DNA of 64,000 nt from Macrostomum lignano (lineage: Eukaryota). Where the stretch lies: NCBI GenBank assembly GCA_002269645.1, contig NIVC01001483.1:186001-250000 (forward strand), written 5' to 3'. Made by a program: the position numbers and the translations under genes. The stretch's first letter is position 1. Each line of letters starts with the position of its first letter. The notes beneath the pieces were generated by a model. The model saw only the letters and a list, made by a program, of their open reading frames with translations. It was not told where the DNA came from and did not search any database. Below are positions 35,635-47,995 of this stretch, one piece after another.

Positions 35635-37990
35635 TGGTTATTGGGATATTCCTGAAGGATGGTTTATGGGATATTCCTGAAGGATGGTTTATGGGAGAAT
35701 CCTGAAGGATGGTTTATGGGAGATTTTTGAAGGATGATTTATGGGAGAATCCTGAAGGATGGTTTATGGGAGAATCCTGAAGGATGGTTTATGGGAGATT
35801 TTTGAAGGATGATTTATGGGAGAATCCTGAAGGATGGTTTATGGGAGATTTTTGAAGGATGATTTATGGGAGAATCCTGAAGGATGGTTTATGGGAGATT
35901 TTTGAAGGATGGTTTATGGGAGAATCCTGAAGGATGGTTTATGGGAGATTTTTGAAGGATGGTTTATGGGAGAATCCTGAAGGATGGTTTATGGGAGTTT
36001 TTTGAAGGATGGTTTATGGGAGATTTTTGAAGGATGGTTTATGGGAGAATCCTAAAGGATGGTTTATGGGATATTCCTGAAGGATGGTTTATGGGAGATT
36101 TTTGAAGGATGATTTATGGGAGAATCCTGAAGGATGGTTTATGGGAGATTTTTTAAGGATGGTTTATGGGAGAATCCTGAAGGATGGTTTATGGGAGATT
36201 TTTGAAGGATGATTTATGGGAGAATCCTGAAGGATGGTTTATGGGAGATTTTTGAAGGATGATTTATGGGAGAATCCTGAAGGATGGTTTATGGGAGATT
36301 TTTGAAGGATGGTTTATGGGAGAATCCTGAAGGATGGTTTATGGGAGTTTTTTGAAGGATGGTTTATGGGAGATTTTTTAAGGATGGTTTATGGGAGAAT
36401 CCTGAAGGATGGTTTATGGGAGATTTTTGAAGGATGGTTTATGGGAGATTTTTGAAGGATGGTTTATGGGAGATTTTTGAAGGATGGTTTATGGGAGAAT
36501 CCTGAAGGATGATTTATGGGAGAATCCTAAAGGATGGTTTATGGGAGATTTTTGAAGGATGGTTTATGGGAGATTTTTGAAGGATGATTTATGGGAGAAT
36601 CCTGAAGGATGGTTTATGGGAGATTTTTGAAGGATGATTTATGGGAGAATCCTGAAGGATGGTTTATGGGAGATTTTTGAAGGATGGTTTATGGGAGAAT
36701 CCTGAAGGATGGTTTATGGGAGATTTTTGAAGGATGGTTTATGGGATATTCCTGAAGGATGGTTTATGGGAGATTTTTGAAGGATGGTTTATGGGAGATT
36801 TTTGAAGGATGGTTTATGGGAGAATCCTGAAGGATGGTTTATGGGAGATTTTTGAAGGATGGTTTATGGGAGATTTTTGAAGGATGGTTTATGGGAGAAT
36901 CCTGAAGGATGATTTATGGGAGAATCCTAAAGGATGGTTTATGGGAGATTTTTGAAGGATGGTTTATGGGATATTCCTGAAGGATGGTTTATGGGAGAAT
37001 CCTGAAGGATGGTTTATGGGAGATTTTTGAAGGATGATTTATGGGAGAATCCTGAAGGATGATTTATGGGAGAATCCTAAAGGATGGTTTATGGGAGATT
37101 TTTGAAGGATGGTTTATGGGAGATTTTTGAAGGATGGTTTATGGGAGAATCCTAAAGGATGGTTTATGGGAGATTTTTGAAGGATGGTTTATGGGAGAAT
37201 CCTGAAGGATGGTTTATGGGAGATTTTTGAAGGATGGTTTATGGGAGATTTTTGAAGGATGATTTATGGGAGAATCCTGAAGGATGGTTTATGGGAGAAT
37301 CCTGAAGGATGGTTTATGGGAGATTTTTGAAGGATGGTTTATGGGAGAATCCTGAAGGATGGTTTATGGGAGATTTTTGAAGGATGGTTTATGGGAGATT
37401 TTTGAAGGATGATTTATGGGAGAATCCTAAAGGATGGTTTATGGGAGAATCCTGAAGGATGGTTTATGGGAGAATCCTGAAGGATGGTTTATGGGAGATT
37501 TTTGAAGGATGATTTATGGGAGAATCCTGAAGGATGATTTATGGGAGAATCCTAAAGGATGGTTTATGGGAGATTTTTGAAGGATGGTTTATGGGAGATT
37601 TTTGAAGGATGATTTATGGGAGAATCCTGAAGGATGGTTTATGGGAGATTTTTGAAGGATGATTTATGGGAGAATCCTGAAGGATGGTTTATGGGAGATT
37701 TTTGAAGGATGGTTTATGGGAGAATCCTGAAGGATGGTTTATGGGAGTTTTTTGAAGGATGGTTTATGGGATATTCCTGAAGGATGGTTTATGGGAGATT
37801 TTTGAAGGATGATTTATGGGAGAATCCTGAAGGATGGTTTATGGGAGATTTTTGAAGGATGGTTTATGGGATATTCCTGAAGGATGGTTTATGGGAGATT
37901 TTTGAAGGATGGTTTATGGGAGAATCCTAAAGGATGGTTTATGGGAGAATCCTGAAGGATGGTTTATGGGAGAATCATGAAGGATGACTT
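35635..37990. repeat. 25-bp minisatellite (GAAGGATGGTTTATGGGAGAATCCT / ...GAGATTTTT)n, about 2.35 kb
   Basis: Visible array of two alternating unit variants. Confidence 0.95.
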
Positions 37991-38077
37991 ATAGTAGATT
38001 CTTAAGCCGACAAAACCAACAAGAGGAGGCAATGCACTTAAGTCGTGAACTTATTGATAAAAAATATTTTGCAAATG

Positions 38078-38857
38078 TCAAACAAACCGGCGCAGAGCGA
38101 ACTTCAACCCAAACCAGACAATCGCCCCAGCAACCGAGCAGACAGCCAAATTAGTAGTGACACTGGCCATATCGATGAAGTGAGCAAAGAACACAAACTC
38201 ATTAGTGTCTTTAATATGCGGAAACGGTCGATCGGGCACAGGTACACCCAGGTAGCTGCACAGAGGCTCCCAACCATCGGTGACTCGATAGATCAACAGT
38301 CGATCTTTAGGAATCGTTCTTTGTACAGCTTCAGCATGCCGTTCAAAAGCAGCGGTCATCTCCGCTTCAGTCATGTCAAAATTGAACACGAATCTAGATT
38401 GAAATATAGCATCGTGTAACAGTTGGAAGTAGCTGAGATCCCACAGCCACCGAGTCAGAGGTAACATCCGGCCCACAGCTCGATAGACACGACCAATAGT
38501 CAGTTTCATGCTATTCGACCAACGCTTGGGATCGCGAAGGCTTAAAATGAACTTCGCCTCGGGATAAATCTGCGCCAACTCGGCGTAAAACATTGCCGTA
38601 GGAAAATCTGCTGCCGCAACAAAACCGTCAAATATTTGATCGGCTAGTTCTTTAGTCAGGCCCTGAGTAGCGGCTCTGTGCCACAGTTTGAAATGATCCC
38701 GCCTCTCAGACATTATCACCTGCATGTGATAGCAACGACCGTTTAGAAGTCTCTCCAAGGCTTTCATCTGCGAATTGGTGCCAGTTCGCATCAGACCTGT
38801 GCATATCACTTTTGGCCCACCCTGCGACTGCTCACTTTGAGTATCCGGTTCTGTCAT
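38078..38857 (-). CDS. Sulfotransfer_4/SmSULT-like sulfotransferase, copy 6 (259 aa)
   Basis: VICTGLMRTGTNS, CYHM, AADFP, RDPKRW, GWEPLCSYL, and a TM tail. Confidence 0.9.
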   Translation of the reverse strand: MTEPDTQSEQSQGGPKVICTGLMRTGTNSQMKALERLLNGRCYHMQVIMSERRDHFKLWHRAATQGLTKELADQIFDGFVAAADFPTAMFYAELAQIYPEAKFILSLRDPKRWSNSMKLTIGRVYRAVGRMLPLTRWLWDLSYFQLLHDAIFQSRFVFNFDMTEAEMTAAFERHAEAVQRTIPKDRLLIYRVTDGWEPLCSYLGVPVPDRPFPHIKDTNEFVFFAHFIDMASVTTNLAVCSVAGAIVWFGLKFALRRFV

Positions 38858-38989
38858 GAGTAGTTTCGATTTTTTTTGCTGGTCTGCTTTTGATTTGCTG
38901 AAATAGAGATTTATATATTGTTTAGGGAATTTTGTGAAGAAACAAAAAAGACCATCCTTTATGAATAAAAATAAATGGTAATTAGACTC

Positions 38990-39330
38990 TTGTAAGGAAT
39001 TAGATGAGACTGTTAGGGGGAATAAGAGACTCTTGATGGCGAATTAGAGGACACTTCTGAGGGGAATTAGAGGAGACTTTTGAGGAAAATTAGATGAGAA
39101 TCTTGAGGGGAATTAGATGACAATCTTTAGGGGAATTAGATGAGACTCTTGAGGGAAATTAGAAGACACTATTGATGGGAATTAGAGGAGACTCTTGAGA
39201 GGAATTAGAGGGCACTATTTAGGGGAATTAGAGAAGACTCTTAAGGAGAATTAAAAAGAGGCTTACAAGGGGAATTAGGAAACTTTCAAGGAGAATTAGA
39301 GGAAGCTCTTAAATGGAATTAGTGACTCTA
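38990..39330. repeat. degenerate about 24-bp repeat (GGGAATTAGAGGAGACTCTTGA)
   Basis: Recurring GGAATTAGA core. Confidence 0.75.
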
Positions 39331-39555
39331 GAGAGAAATTATAAATGTCCATTGATGAAAATCAGAGGATTGACATAGTGAAAATACTAAAATGTTTACA
39401 ATAATAAATCTCATATGGTATCGACGTGATAAAGGCTGTTGAAAAATTATTTATTCAAATAAATAATCAGTTAAGATTTAAAAACTCCTATCAATAACTA
39501 TAAAAATGAATAATTATTCCATTGAGTTAATTGCACAAAAATTCAATTGAGATTG

Positions 39556-40350
39556 CTAGCTCTGAGCACAGGTAGAGGACCGCAGCAAGTATTTAACACC
39601 AACCCAGACACCTCCAAAGACAGCTGAACAAACTGCTAAATTAAGCAGAGGCCCGACAATCTTGAGCCCGACAATTGTTTCTAAGAATCGTTTCGTATCG
39701 TTCAGATGAGGAAACGGTTCGTTCGAAGGCACGGGCAGCTCCAGGAACTTACACAACGGTTCCCAACCGTCTGACACTCGAAATACCAACAGTCTCTCCT
39801 TCGGTATGGTTCGAATCACTGTGTCATTGTGACGGTTAAACGCGTCGATCATTTCCGCATCAGACATGTCAAAATTGAAGCCCAAACGAGAGCCCAGCAC
39901 AGCGTCACTCAGAGGCAAGTAGTGAGACAGTCCCAGAAGCCATCGCACTGGCGGTAGCATGTACTCAACTGTCAGTTTAGACTGCAGAATGGTAGCCCGG
40001 ACACTTCTCACCCAATCGGTTGGATCGCGAATGCTCAGTACAAACTTGGCGTCAGGATAAATCTGCATCAATTCCTTGTAGAAGTGAGCAGCTGGAAAGT
40101 CTGTACAAGCCAGAAAGTCGTCAAATATTTCCTCAGCCAATTCTTTGCTCAAGCCTTGGATAGCAGCTCGATGCCACAGCTGCAGATGTGACAGCTTCTC
40201 TTCCATCACAATGTCCATATGATAGCAGCGGCCGCCAAGCAGCATCTCCAGCGCCTTCATCTGCGAATTGGTGCCAGTTCGCATCAGGCCAGCGCCAATC
40301 ACACGAAGACCAGCTGAAGATTTGTTTTTCCTACTAGCAGCAGAAGACAT
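39556..40350 (-). CDS. Sulfotransfer_4/SmSULT-like sulfotransferase, copy 7 (264 aa)
   Basis: RVIGAGLMRTGTNS, CTDFP, RDPTDW, GWEPLCKFL, and a TM tail. Confidence 0.9.
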   Translation of the reverse strand: MSSAASRKNKSSAGLRVIGAGLMRTGTNSQMKALEMLLGGRCYHMDIVMEEKLSHLQLWHRAAIQGLSKELAEEIFDDFLACTDFPAAHFYKELMQIYPDAKFVLSIRDPTDWVRSVRATILQSKLTVEYMLPPVRWLLGLSHYLPLSDAVLGSRLGFNFDMSDAEMIDAFNRHNDTVIRTIPKERLLVFRVSDGWEPLCKFLELPVPSNEPFPHLNDTKRFLETIVGLKIVGPLLNLAVCSAVFGGVWVGVKYLLRSSTCAQS

Positions 40351-40866
40351 CAGTTTTGCCTGATTTAATGTTCTTTTTCAGAAACTGTAATTTGAGATTT
40401 TTTGTCGCTATTGATGTTAAAATTTCACGTGAAGTTGGTGAATTTCGAATCGTGTTAGATGGGATCGCTCACTAAATTTCTCAGTACATAAATTATGCTT
40501 CAATTTCAAGACCCCTTTTCTGGATGGGGTATTACTTCAGAATTGAAACTTAACAAAGTTATTGCTAATAACCTATAAAGAGTCTTGCAGAAGGCATAAT
40601 GTGGCAGAAATATTAGATATAATTGCTCTCAAATGAATATTTAATTCTGTTTTCTCTGTTATTCTGGAAAAAGTACGATATGGCTGCAACTACAAAAGTT
40701 TCATCAACTAACTACTAACGAGTTTGTGTACTACATGGATTGTAATAATTAAATGTTACTCATTAACTTGTATATCATCAATAAATGCCTGTACAATGAC
40801 TTGAACTGAGTATGGATAAACTATAATAAAAATTTCTATTTATTGGATAGATAGAAATTGACCCAC

Positions 40867-41085
40867 TTGGAACAATTTATGTCCTTGAGTAAGACACTTA
40901 ACTCTGCATTGCTTCAGTTCACTCAGCTGTAAAATGGGTGCAAAACTGGGCGCCCCCCCCCCCAGTCCTTGGACTGAACAGCCGTACGCAGCCTTCAGAT
41001 GCGCCGCGCAATAGCTGCGGCTGAGCTGTCGGTTGCAAACTTGCCCATCAAGGCAGGTGTAATCTGTTATTATTATAATTATAAT
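40867..41085 (+). mobile_element. 5'-truncated copy of the CORE-type SINE
   Basis: Matches the reverse complement of 4611-4850 (CORE block, GGACTGAACAGCCGTACGCAGCCTTCAGATGCG, GGCAGGTGTAATC, TAT tail) but lacks the tRNA head. Confidence 0.85.
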
Positions 41086-42050
41086 TATTTTTTTTATCTA
41101 TTAGATTCTAAAAATAGTAATAATAGCATCTAAAATCAGATTTCATCACTGAATGTCTACTTCACGTGGACAGTGACCCTTAATTGGTTTTGAAGTTGTT
41201 ATAGAAAAATTGGACAAGTGGACAAAAATTATCTTATCTATCACTAATTCAATCAATCAAAATAAAGGAAAATAAGAGCAAGTCAAATAAAAGAGAAAAC
41301 AGAAAAGTGATGCATATTTTTTATTTTTAGATGCAAATAAACTACACCTAATTCTATAACATATATATATATATATATATATTATCCAATGGGTAATTAT
41401 ACAATTATTACACAGGTAAAGACAGTCACGTGTTAGTAAATTCATAGCTCCTCTAGTTTTGTTTTTAAGATAGAATAAGGAGAAACAGCAAAACACTTAG
41501 TCAAGATAATAATATAGATATAGCCTAAACTAAGGTCGATTTTTTACACAAGAAATACTTTTGCCCCAAAATAAAAACTCTACTAATAGTAATGGTATCG
41601 CGTGTTACTATTCAAATTAAATTAATTCCTGTTACACGTAGATCGGGGGGGGATTTCACAGCAGCCACTTGTCGACTGGCTCTCATGGACCAGCTGGGAA
41701 CCAACAATCGAAATCCAGCGTTTGTTTTATTTTGAGTCGCCCCAGAGTAGTTTCGGAGTCGTTGCAGGTAACATAGGTAAACTAGGAAAGAAGCGACTCT
41801 AGACGACTCTGGGGACCGTAGGGTCGGTATCGAAGGTGTGCCAGAGTCTATAACAACTCTATTTAGAGTACAATTGGATTTAGTAGAAAGTTGAGCGCCA
41901 ACCCAGACTTAAGCATCTGGGTTATTTATTATTTTTTTAAAATCTGAGACTACCTTTGCAGCTAAAACCAACAAAACACGCATGCTAAAGTCCACCTTAA
42001 AATATTGTTTTTAGTATCGTATTTTCAGTTTTAAAACTCTTTTTTTAAGT

Positions 42051-45000
42051 TCAGTGCCGACCAGAAGCGGCTGCAGACTGGCTGCTTCCGGTTTTGGTGC
42101 TATTTTTAGCAGCAAATTCGGCCATTCTCCGCTCCAGTTCCGGCCGGAAGTGCCGGATGAGGCCCTGGGCTGGCCAAGCGGCTCCGTCGCCGAGGGCGCA
42201 GATTGTGTGGCCTTCAATCTGCTTGGACACCTCCCACAGCAGGTCGATCTCCTCCGGGCGGGCGTCCCCGGTGACAAAGCGATTGGTTAATCGCATCATC
42301 CAGCCGGTGCCCTCCCGGCAGGGTGTGCATTGGCCGCAGCTCTCGTGCTTGTAGAAGTCCATCAGGCGGGCGATGCATTTCACAACATCAGCCTGCTTGT
42401 TCATCACGATTAGGGCGGCTGTGCCTGCGGGGGGGGGGCAGTTCACGTTGGTTAGGATTAGGGATAACTAGCAATCTACGCCCCCCGTTGGGGAGCCAAA
42501 GAAATGCAATACACGTTTTTTTAATAAGCTACATGTATCCTTGAAATCTTAAAAAATCTCCTGTCAAACCTTGTAAGCCTTGAATGTCAGTAATTCCCCC
42601 CACAAGCTTTAACATATCAACTCCCCCCCCCCTGACATCTCAGCAATGCCCCCAATAAGCCTTGAAAATCTAAAAATATCTGTCAACCTTCTAACCCTAA
42701 TCCAAACCTAACCCTAACCCTAACCCTAGCCTAACCCTAACCCTAACCCTAACCCTAACCCTAACCCTAACCCTAACCCTAACCTAACCCTAAAGCATTG
42801 AAATTTCAGTAATTCTCTCTAAGAGTCATTATAGCACTACTACAGCATAGTACTACTACATACTACTACACTAATCATCATAGTACTAATGAGTACATAG
42901 TACTACATAGTACTACTACACAATGATGATTAGTGACGATTCTTAGGGTGGATTAGTGACGATTCTTAGGGTGGATTAGTGACGATTCTTAGGGTGGATT
43001 AGTGACGATTCTTATGGTGGATTAGTGACGATTCTTAGGGTGGATTAGTGACGATTCTTAGGGTGGATTAGTGACGATTCTTATGGTGGATTAGTGACGA
43101 TTCTTATGGTGGATTAGTGACGATTCTTATGGTGGATTAGTGACGATTCTTAGGGTGGATTAGTGACGATTCTTATGGTGGATTAGTGACGATTCTTAGG
43201 GTGGATTAGTGACGATTCTTATGGTGGATTAGTGACGATTCTTATGGTGGATTAGTGACGATTCTTATAAGGGGTGGATTAGTGACGATTCTTATGGTGG
43301 ATTAGTGACGATTCTTATGGTGGATTAGTGACGATTCTTATAAAAGGCGGATTAACAACAATCCCGAGAGGTGGATTAACGACAATCCTGAGAAGCGGAT
43401 TACGACAATCCTGAGGCGGATTAACGACAATCCTGAGGCGGATTAACGACAATCCTGAGGCGGATTAACGACAATCCTGAGAGGCGCCTCAAAGACGCAC
43501 CAATGCACTGAGAACTCACCCAGAGCAGTCTGAGCCTGAACCAGCGAGTCGAAGTCCATCAGCACAGTGTCGCACACATTCTTAGGAATCAGCGGAGTGG
43601 AGCTGCCGCCCGGGATCACGGCCAGCAGGTTGTCCCAGCCGCCAATGACGCCACCGGCGTGCCGCTCGATCAGCTCCTTCATGGTGATGGACATCTCCTC
43701 CTCTACTGTGCAGGGATTGTTGACGTGCCCGGAGATGTTGAACAGTTTCGTGCCGCGGTTGCGGTCCCGGCCGAAGCTGGCGAACCAGGCGCCCCCGCGT
43801 CGGCAGACGGTCGGCGCCGCGGCGATGGTCTCGACGTTGTTCACCGTGGTGGGACAGCCGAACACGCCGACATCGGCTGGAAACGGCGGCTTCAGACGCG
43901 GCTTGCCGGCTTTGCCTTCCAGAGATTCAATCAGCGAAGTCTCCTCGCCGCAGATGTAGGCGCCGGCGCCGCGGTGCACGTAGATGTCGTAGTCATAGCC
44001 GCTGCCGCAGGCGTTCTTGCCGAGGAAGCCGGCGTCGTAGGCTTCGTTGATGGCGGCCTGGGGAAAAGGTTGAGACGGAAGGGTTGATCACTCTATCAAT
44101 TCGTCAATTGATCACTCTATCAATTCGTCTATTAATAAATCTATCAATTCATCTATTTATCAATCTATCAATTCATCTATTGATCAATCTATCAATCAAT
44201 TCGTCTATAAATCAATCTATCAATTCGTCTATTGATCACTCCATCAATTCGTCTATTGATCACTCTATCAATTCATCTATTGATCAATCTATCAATCAAT
44301 TCGTCTATAAATCAATTCATCAATTCGTCTATTGATCACTCCATCAATTCGTCTATTGATCACTCTATCAATTCATCTATTGATCAATCTATCAATCAAT
44401 TCGTCTATAAATCAATTCATCAATTCGTCTATTGATCACTCCATCAATTCGTCAATTGATCACTCTATCAATTCGTCTATAAATCAATCTATCAATTCGT
44501 CTATTGATCACTCTATCAATTCGTCTATTGATCAATCTATCAATCGATTCGTCTATAAATCAATCTATCAATTTGTCTATTGATAAATCTATCAATTCGT
44601 CTATTGATCAATCTATCAATTCTTTAGTCGACTGATCAATCTATCAATTCTTTAGTCGACTGATCAATCTATCAATTCTTTAGTCGACTGATCAATCTAT
44701 CAATTCTTTAGTCGACTGATCAATCTATCAATTCTTTAGTCGACTGATCAATCTATCAATTCTTTAGTCGACTGATCAATCTATCAATTCTTTAGTCGAC
44801 TGATCAATTCATCAATTCTTTAGTCGATTGATCAATCTATCAATTCTCTAGTCGATTGATCAATCTAGACTATCAATTCATCCATTCATCAATCTAACAA
44901 TTCATCTAATGATCAATCTATCAATTCTCTAGTTGATTGATCAATCTATCAATTTATCTATTGATCACTACTAATACAACGGAATCTGTTCCAATCAATT

Positions 45001-45547
45001 AATTTACTAATATTCTCACCTGCAGAGTGCAGGCCTCCCTATAGAACTCGCCCCGAATGTAGATATAAGCCGCCCTGGCTCCCATAGCAACGCCGGAAAC
45101 GAGGCAGCCCTCAACCAGAGTGTGCGGATCGTGCCGCATGATCTCCCGGTCTTTGCAGGTGCCAGGCTCTCCTTCATCAGCATTGACAACCAGATACCTG
45201 GGCCGGCCATCGTCCGGCTTGTGCATAAACGACCATTTCAAACCGGTTGGAAAGCCGGCTCCGCCCCGGCCGCGCATGCCGCTAACCTTCATCTCGTTAG
45301 TAATCCAGTCCCGGCCCTTCAGCACAATCTCTTTAGTCTTGTACCAGTGCCCGCGAGACATGGCCGCCTTCAGGCGCCAGTCGTGCCGACCGTACAGATT
45401 AGTGAAGATTCGATCCTCGTCTTTCAGCGGACCGAACACCGTCTTCTCTTGCTTTGGTGGCGGAGGCGGTGCTGCCGCGCCTGCCGACAGCTGACGGAGA
45501 GGCAGGCGCATCAACGAAGATGAAGACGCTTGGAAGCTGCGAAGCAT
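42051..45547 (-). CDS. NDUFV1: NADH:ubiquinone oxidoreductase 51-kDa subunit, join(45020..45547, 43520..44057, 42051..42424), 479 aa
   Basis: [41 protein letters not shown], and 4Fe-4S ligands [21 protein letters not shown] introns have matching phases (0, 1), and the N-terminus resembles a mitochondrial presequence. Confidence 0.97.
42468..42506 (-). mobile_element. Helitron-like 3' terminus in NDUFV1 intron 2
   Basis: Minus strand CCCCAACGGGGGG..GATTGCTAG|T, homologous to 4968-5009. Confidence 0.55.
42700..42795. repeat. interstitial telomeric repeat (CCCTAA)n
   Basis: About 14 units, partly degenerate, inside NDUFV1 intron 2. Confidence 0.9.
42945..43490. repeat. 23-bp (GTGACGATTCTTA[G/T]GGTGGATTA)n then about 21-bp (GGATTAACGACAATCCTGAGG)n minisatellites
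   Basis: Visible arrays in NDUFV1 intron 2. Confidence 0.9.
44085..44965. repeat. AT-rich minisatellite (ATCAATCTATCAATTCGTCTATTG)n
   Basis: Fills NDUFV1 intron 1. Confidence 0.9.
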
Positions 45548-45619
45548 GTTCTTGCTGTTGACTAAAGCACAATTTAACAATTAATTTCTTTTAAATATAG
45601 GCGATAACTCGCATAAATG

Positions 45620-47995
45620 AAGACATTGTCAGGGTGGCGATTCTTCATGGCATTGTCAGGGTGGCGATTCTTAATGGCATAGTCAGAGGCGATTCTTAAT
45701 GGCATTGTCAGAAGCGATTCTTAATGGCATTGTCAGGGTGGCGATTCTTCATGGCATTGTCAGGGTGGCGATTCTTAATGGCATTGTCAGGGTGGCGATT
45801 CTTAATGACATTGTCAGGGTGGCGATTCTTAATGGCATTGTCAGAGGCGATTCTTAATGGCATTGTCAGGGGGGGGCGATTCTCAATGGCATTGTCAGGG
45901 TGGCGATTCTTAATGGCATTGTCAGGGGGGCGATTCTTAATGGCATTGTCAGAGGCGATTCTTAATGGCATTGTCAGGGGGGGGGGCGATTCTCAATGGC
46001 ATTGTCAGGGTGGCGATTCTCAATGGCATTGTCAGGGGGGCGATTCTTAATGGCATTGTCAGGGTGGCGATTCTCAATGGCATTGTCAGGGGGGGGGCGA
46101 TTCTCAATGGCATTGTCAGGGTGGCGATTCTCAATGGCATTGTCAGGATGGCGATTCTTAATGGCATTGTCAGGGGCGATTCTCAATGGCATTGTCAGGG
46201 GACGATTCTTAATGGCATTGTCAGGGTGGCGATTCTTAATGGCAGTGTCAGGGGGGCGATTCTCAATGGCATTGTCAGGGTGGCGATTCTTAATGGCATT
46301 GTCAGGGTGGCGATTCTTAATGGCATTGTCAGGGGGGCGATTCTTAATGGCATTGTCAGGGTGGCGATTCTTAATGGCATTGTCAGGGGGGGCGATTCTC
46401 AATGGCATTGTCAGTGTGGCGATTCTCAATGGCATTGTCAGGCTGGCGATTCTTAATGGCATTGTCAGGGGGGCAATTCTTAATGGCATTGTCAGGGTGG
46501 CGATTCTCAATGGCATTGTCAGGATGGCGATTCTCAATGGCATTGTCAGGATGGCGATTCTCAATGGCATTGTCAGGATGGCGATTCTCAATGGCATTGT
46601 CAGGATGGCGATTCTCAATGGCATTGTCAGGGGGGGGGGGCGATTCTCAATGGCATTGTCAGGGGGGGGGCGATTCTTAATGGCATTGTCAGGGGGGGGG
46701 GGCGATTCTCAATGGCATTGTCAGGGTGGCGATTCTCAATGGCATTGTCAGGGGGGCGATTCTTAATGGCATTGTCAGGGGGGTGGGGCGATTCTTAATG
46801 GCATTGTCAGGGTGGGGATTTTCAATGACATTGTCAGGGTGCCGATTCTCAATGGCATTGTCAGGGGGGGGGGGGGGCGATTCTCAATGGCATTGTCAGG
46901 GTGGCGATTCTTAATGGCATTGTCAGGGGGGCGATTCTTAATGGCATTGTCAGGGGGGTGGGGCGATTCTTAATGGCATTGTCAGGGTGGGGATTTTCAA
47001 TGACATTGTCAGGGTGCCGATTCTCAATGGCATTGTCAGGGGGGGGGGCGATTCTCAATGGCATTGTCAGGGGGGCGATTCTTAATGGCATTGTCAGGGG
47101 GGGGGGCGATTCTTAATGGCATTGTCAGGGGGGGGGCGATTCTCAATGGCATTGTCAGGGTGGCGATTCTTAATGGCATTGTCAGGGGGGGGGGCGATTC
47201 TCAATGGCATTGTCAGGATGGCGATTCTCAATGGCATTGTCAGGATGGCGATTCTCAATGGCATTGTCAGGATGGCGATTCTCAATGGCATTGTCAGGGG
47301 GGGGCGATTCTCAATGGCATTGTCAGGATGGCGATTCTCAATGGCATTGTCAGGATGGCGATTCTCAATGGCATTGTCAGGGGGGGGGGCGATTCTCAAT
47401 GGCATTGTCAGGATGGCGATTCTCAATGGCATTGTCAGGGGGGGCGATTCTCAATGGCATTGTCAGGGGGGGGGCGATTCTCAATGGCATTGTCAGGATG
47501 GCGATTCTCAATGGCATTGTCAGGGGGGGGCGATTCTCAATGGCATTGTCAGGGGGGGGGGCGATTCTTAATGGCATTGTCAGGGTGGCGATTCTTAATG
47601 GCATTGTCAGGGTGGCGATTCTTAATGGCATTGTCAGGGTGGCGATTCTTAATGGCATTGTCAGGGGGGGGGGCGATTCTTAATGGCATTGTCAGGGTGG
47701 GGATTTTCAATGACATTGTCAGGGTGCCGATTCTCAATGGCATTGTCAGGGGGCGATTCTCAATGGCATTGTCAGGGTGGCGATTCTTAATGGCATTGTC
47801 AGGGTGGGGATTTTCAATGACATTGTCAGGGTGCCGATTCTCAATGGCATTGTCAGGGGGCGATTCTCAATGGCATTGTCAGGGTGGCGATTCTTAATGG
47901 CATTGTCAGGGTGGCGATTCTTAATGGCATTGTCAGGGGCGATTCTCAATGGCATTGTCAGGGGGCGATTCTTTATGGCATTGTCAGGGGCGATT
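45620..47995. repeat. about 27-bp minisatellite (GGCGATTCTYAATGGCATTGTCAGG[G]n)
   Basis: Visible array with variable poly-G, beginning about 70 nt upstream of the NDUFV1 ATG. Confidence 0.95.

Noticed and set aside
20507-40350. Recent bacterial horizontal transfer of the intronless sulfotransferases
   Set aside because: Not supportable from sequence alone. The family is known in flatworms and the genes have eukaryotic acceptors and poly(A) signals. Only a phylogeny could test an ancient transfer.
42700-42795. Chromosome end or misassembled telomere
   Set aside because: The tract is short and sits within an intron whose flanking exons join in perfect phase.
42051-45547. NUMT or bacterial nuoF contamination
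   Set aside because: It has spliceosomal introns and a presequence-like N-terminus. NDUFV1 is nuclear-encoded.
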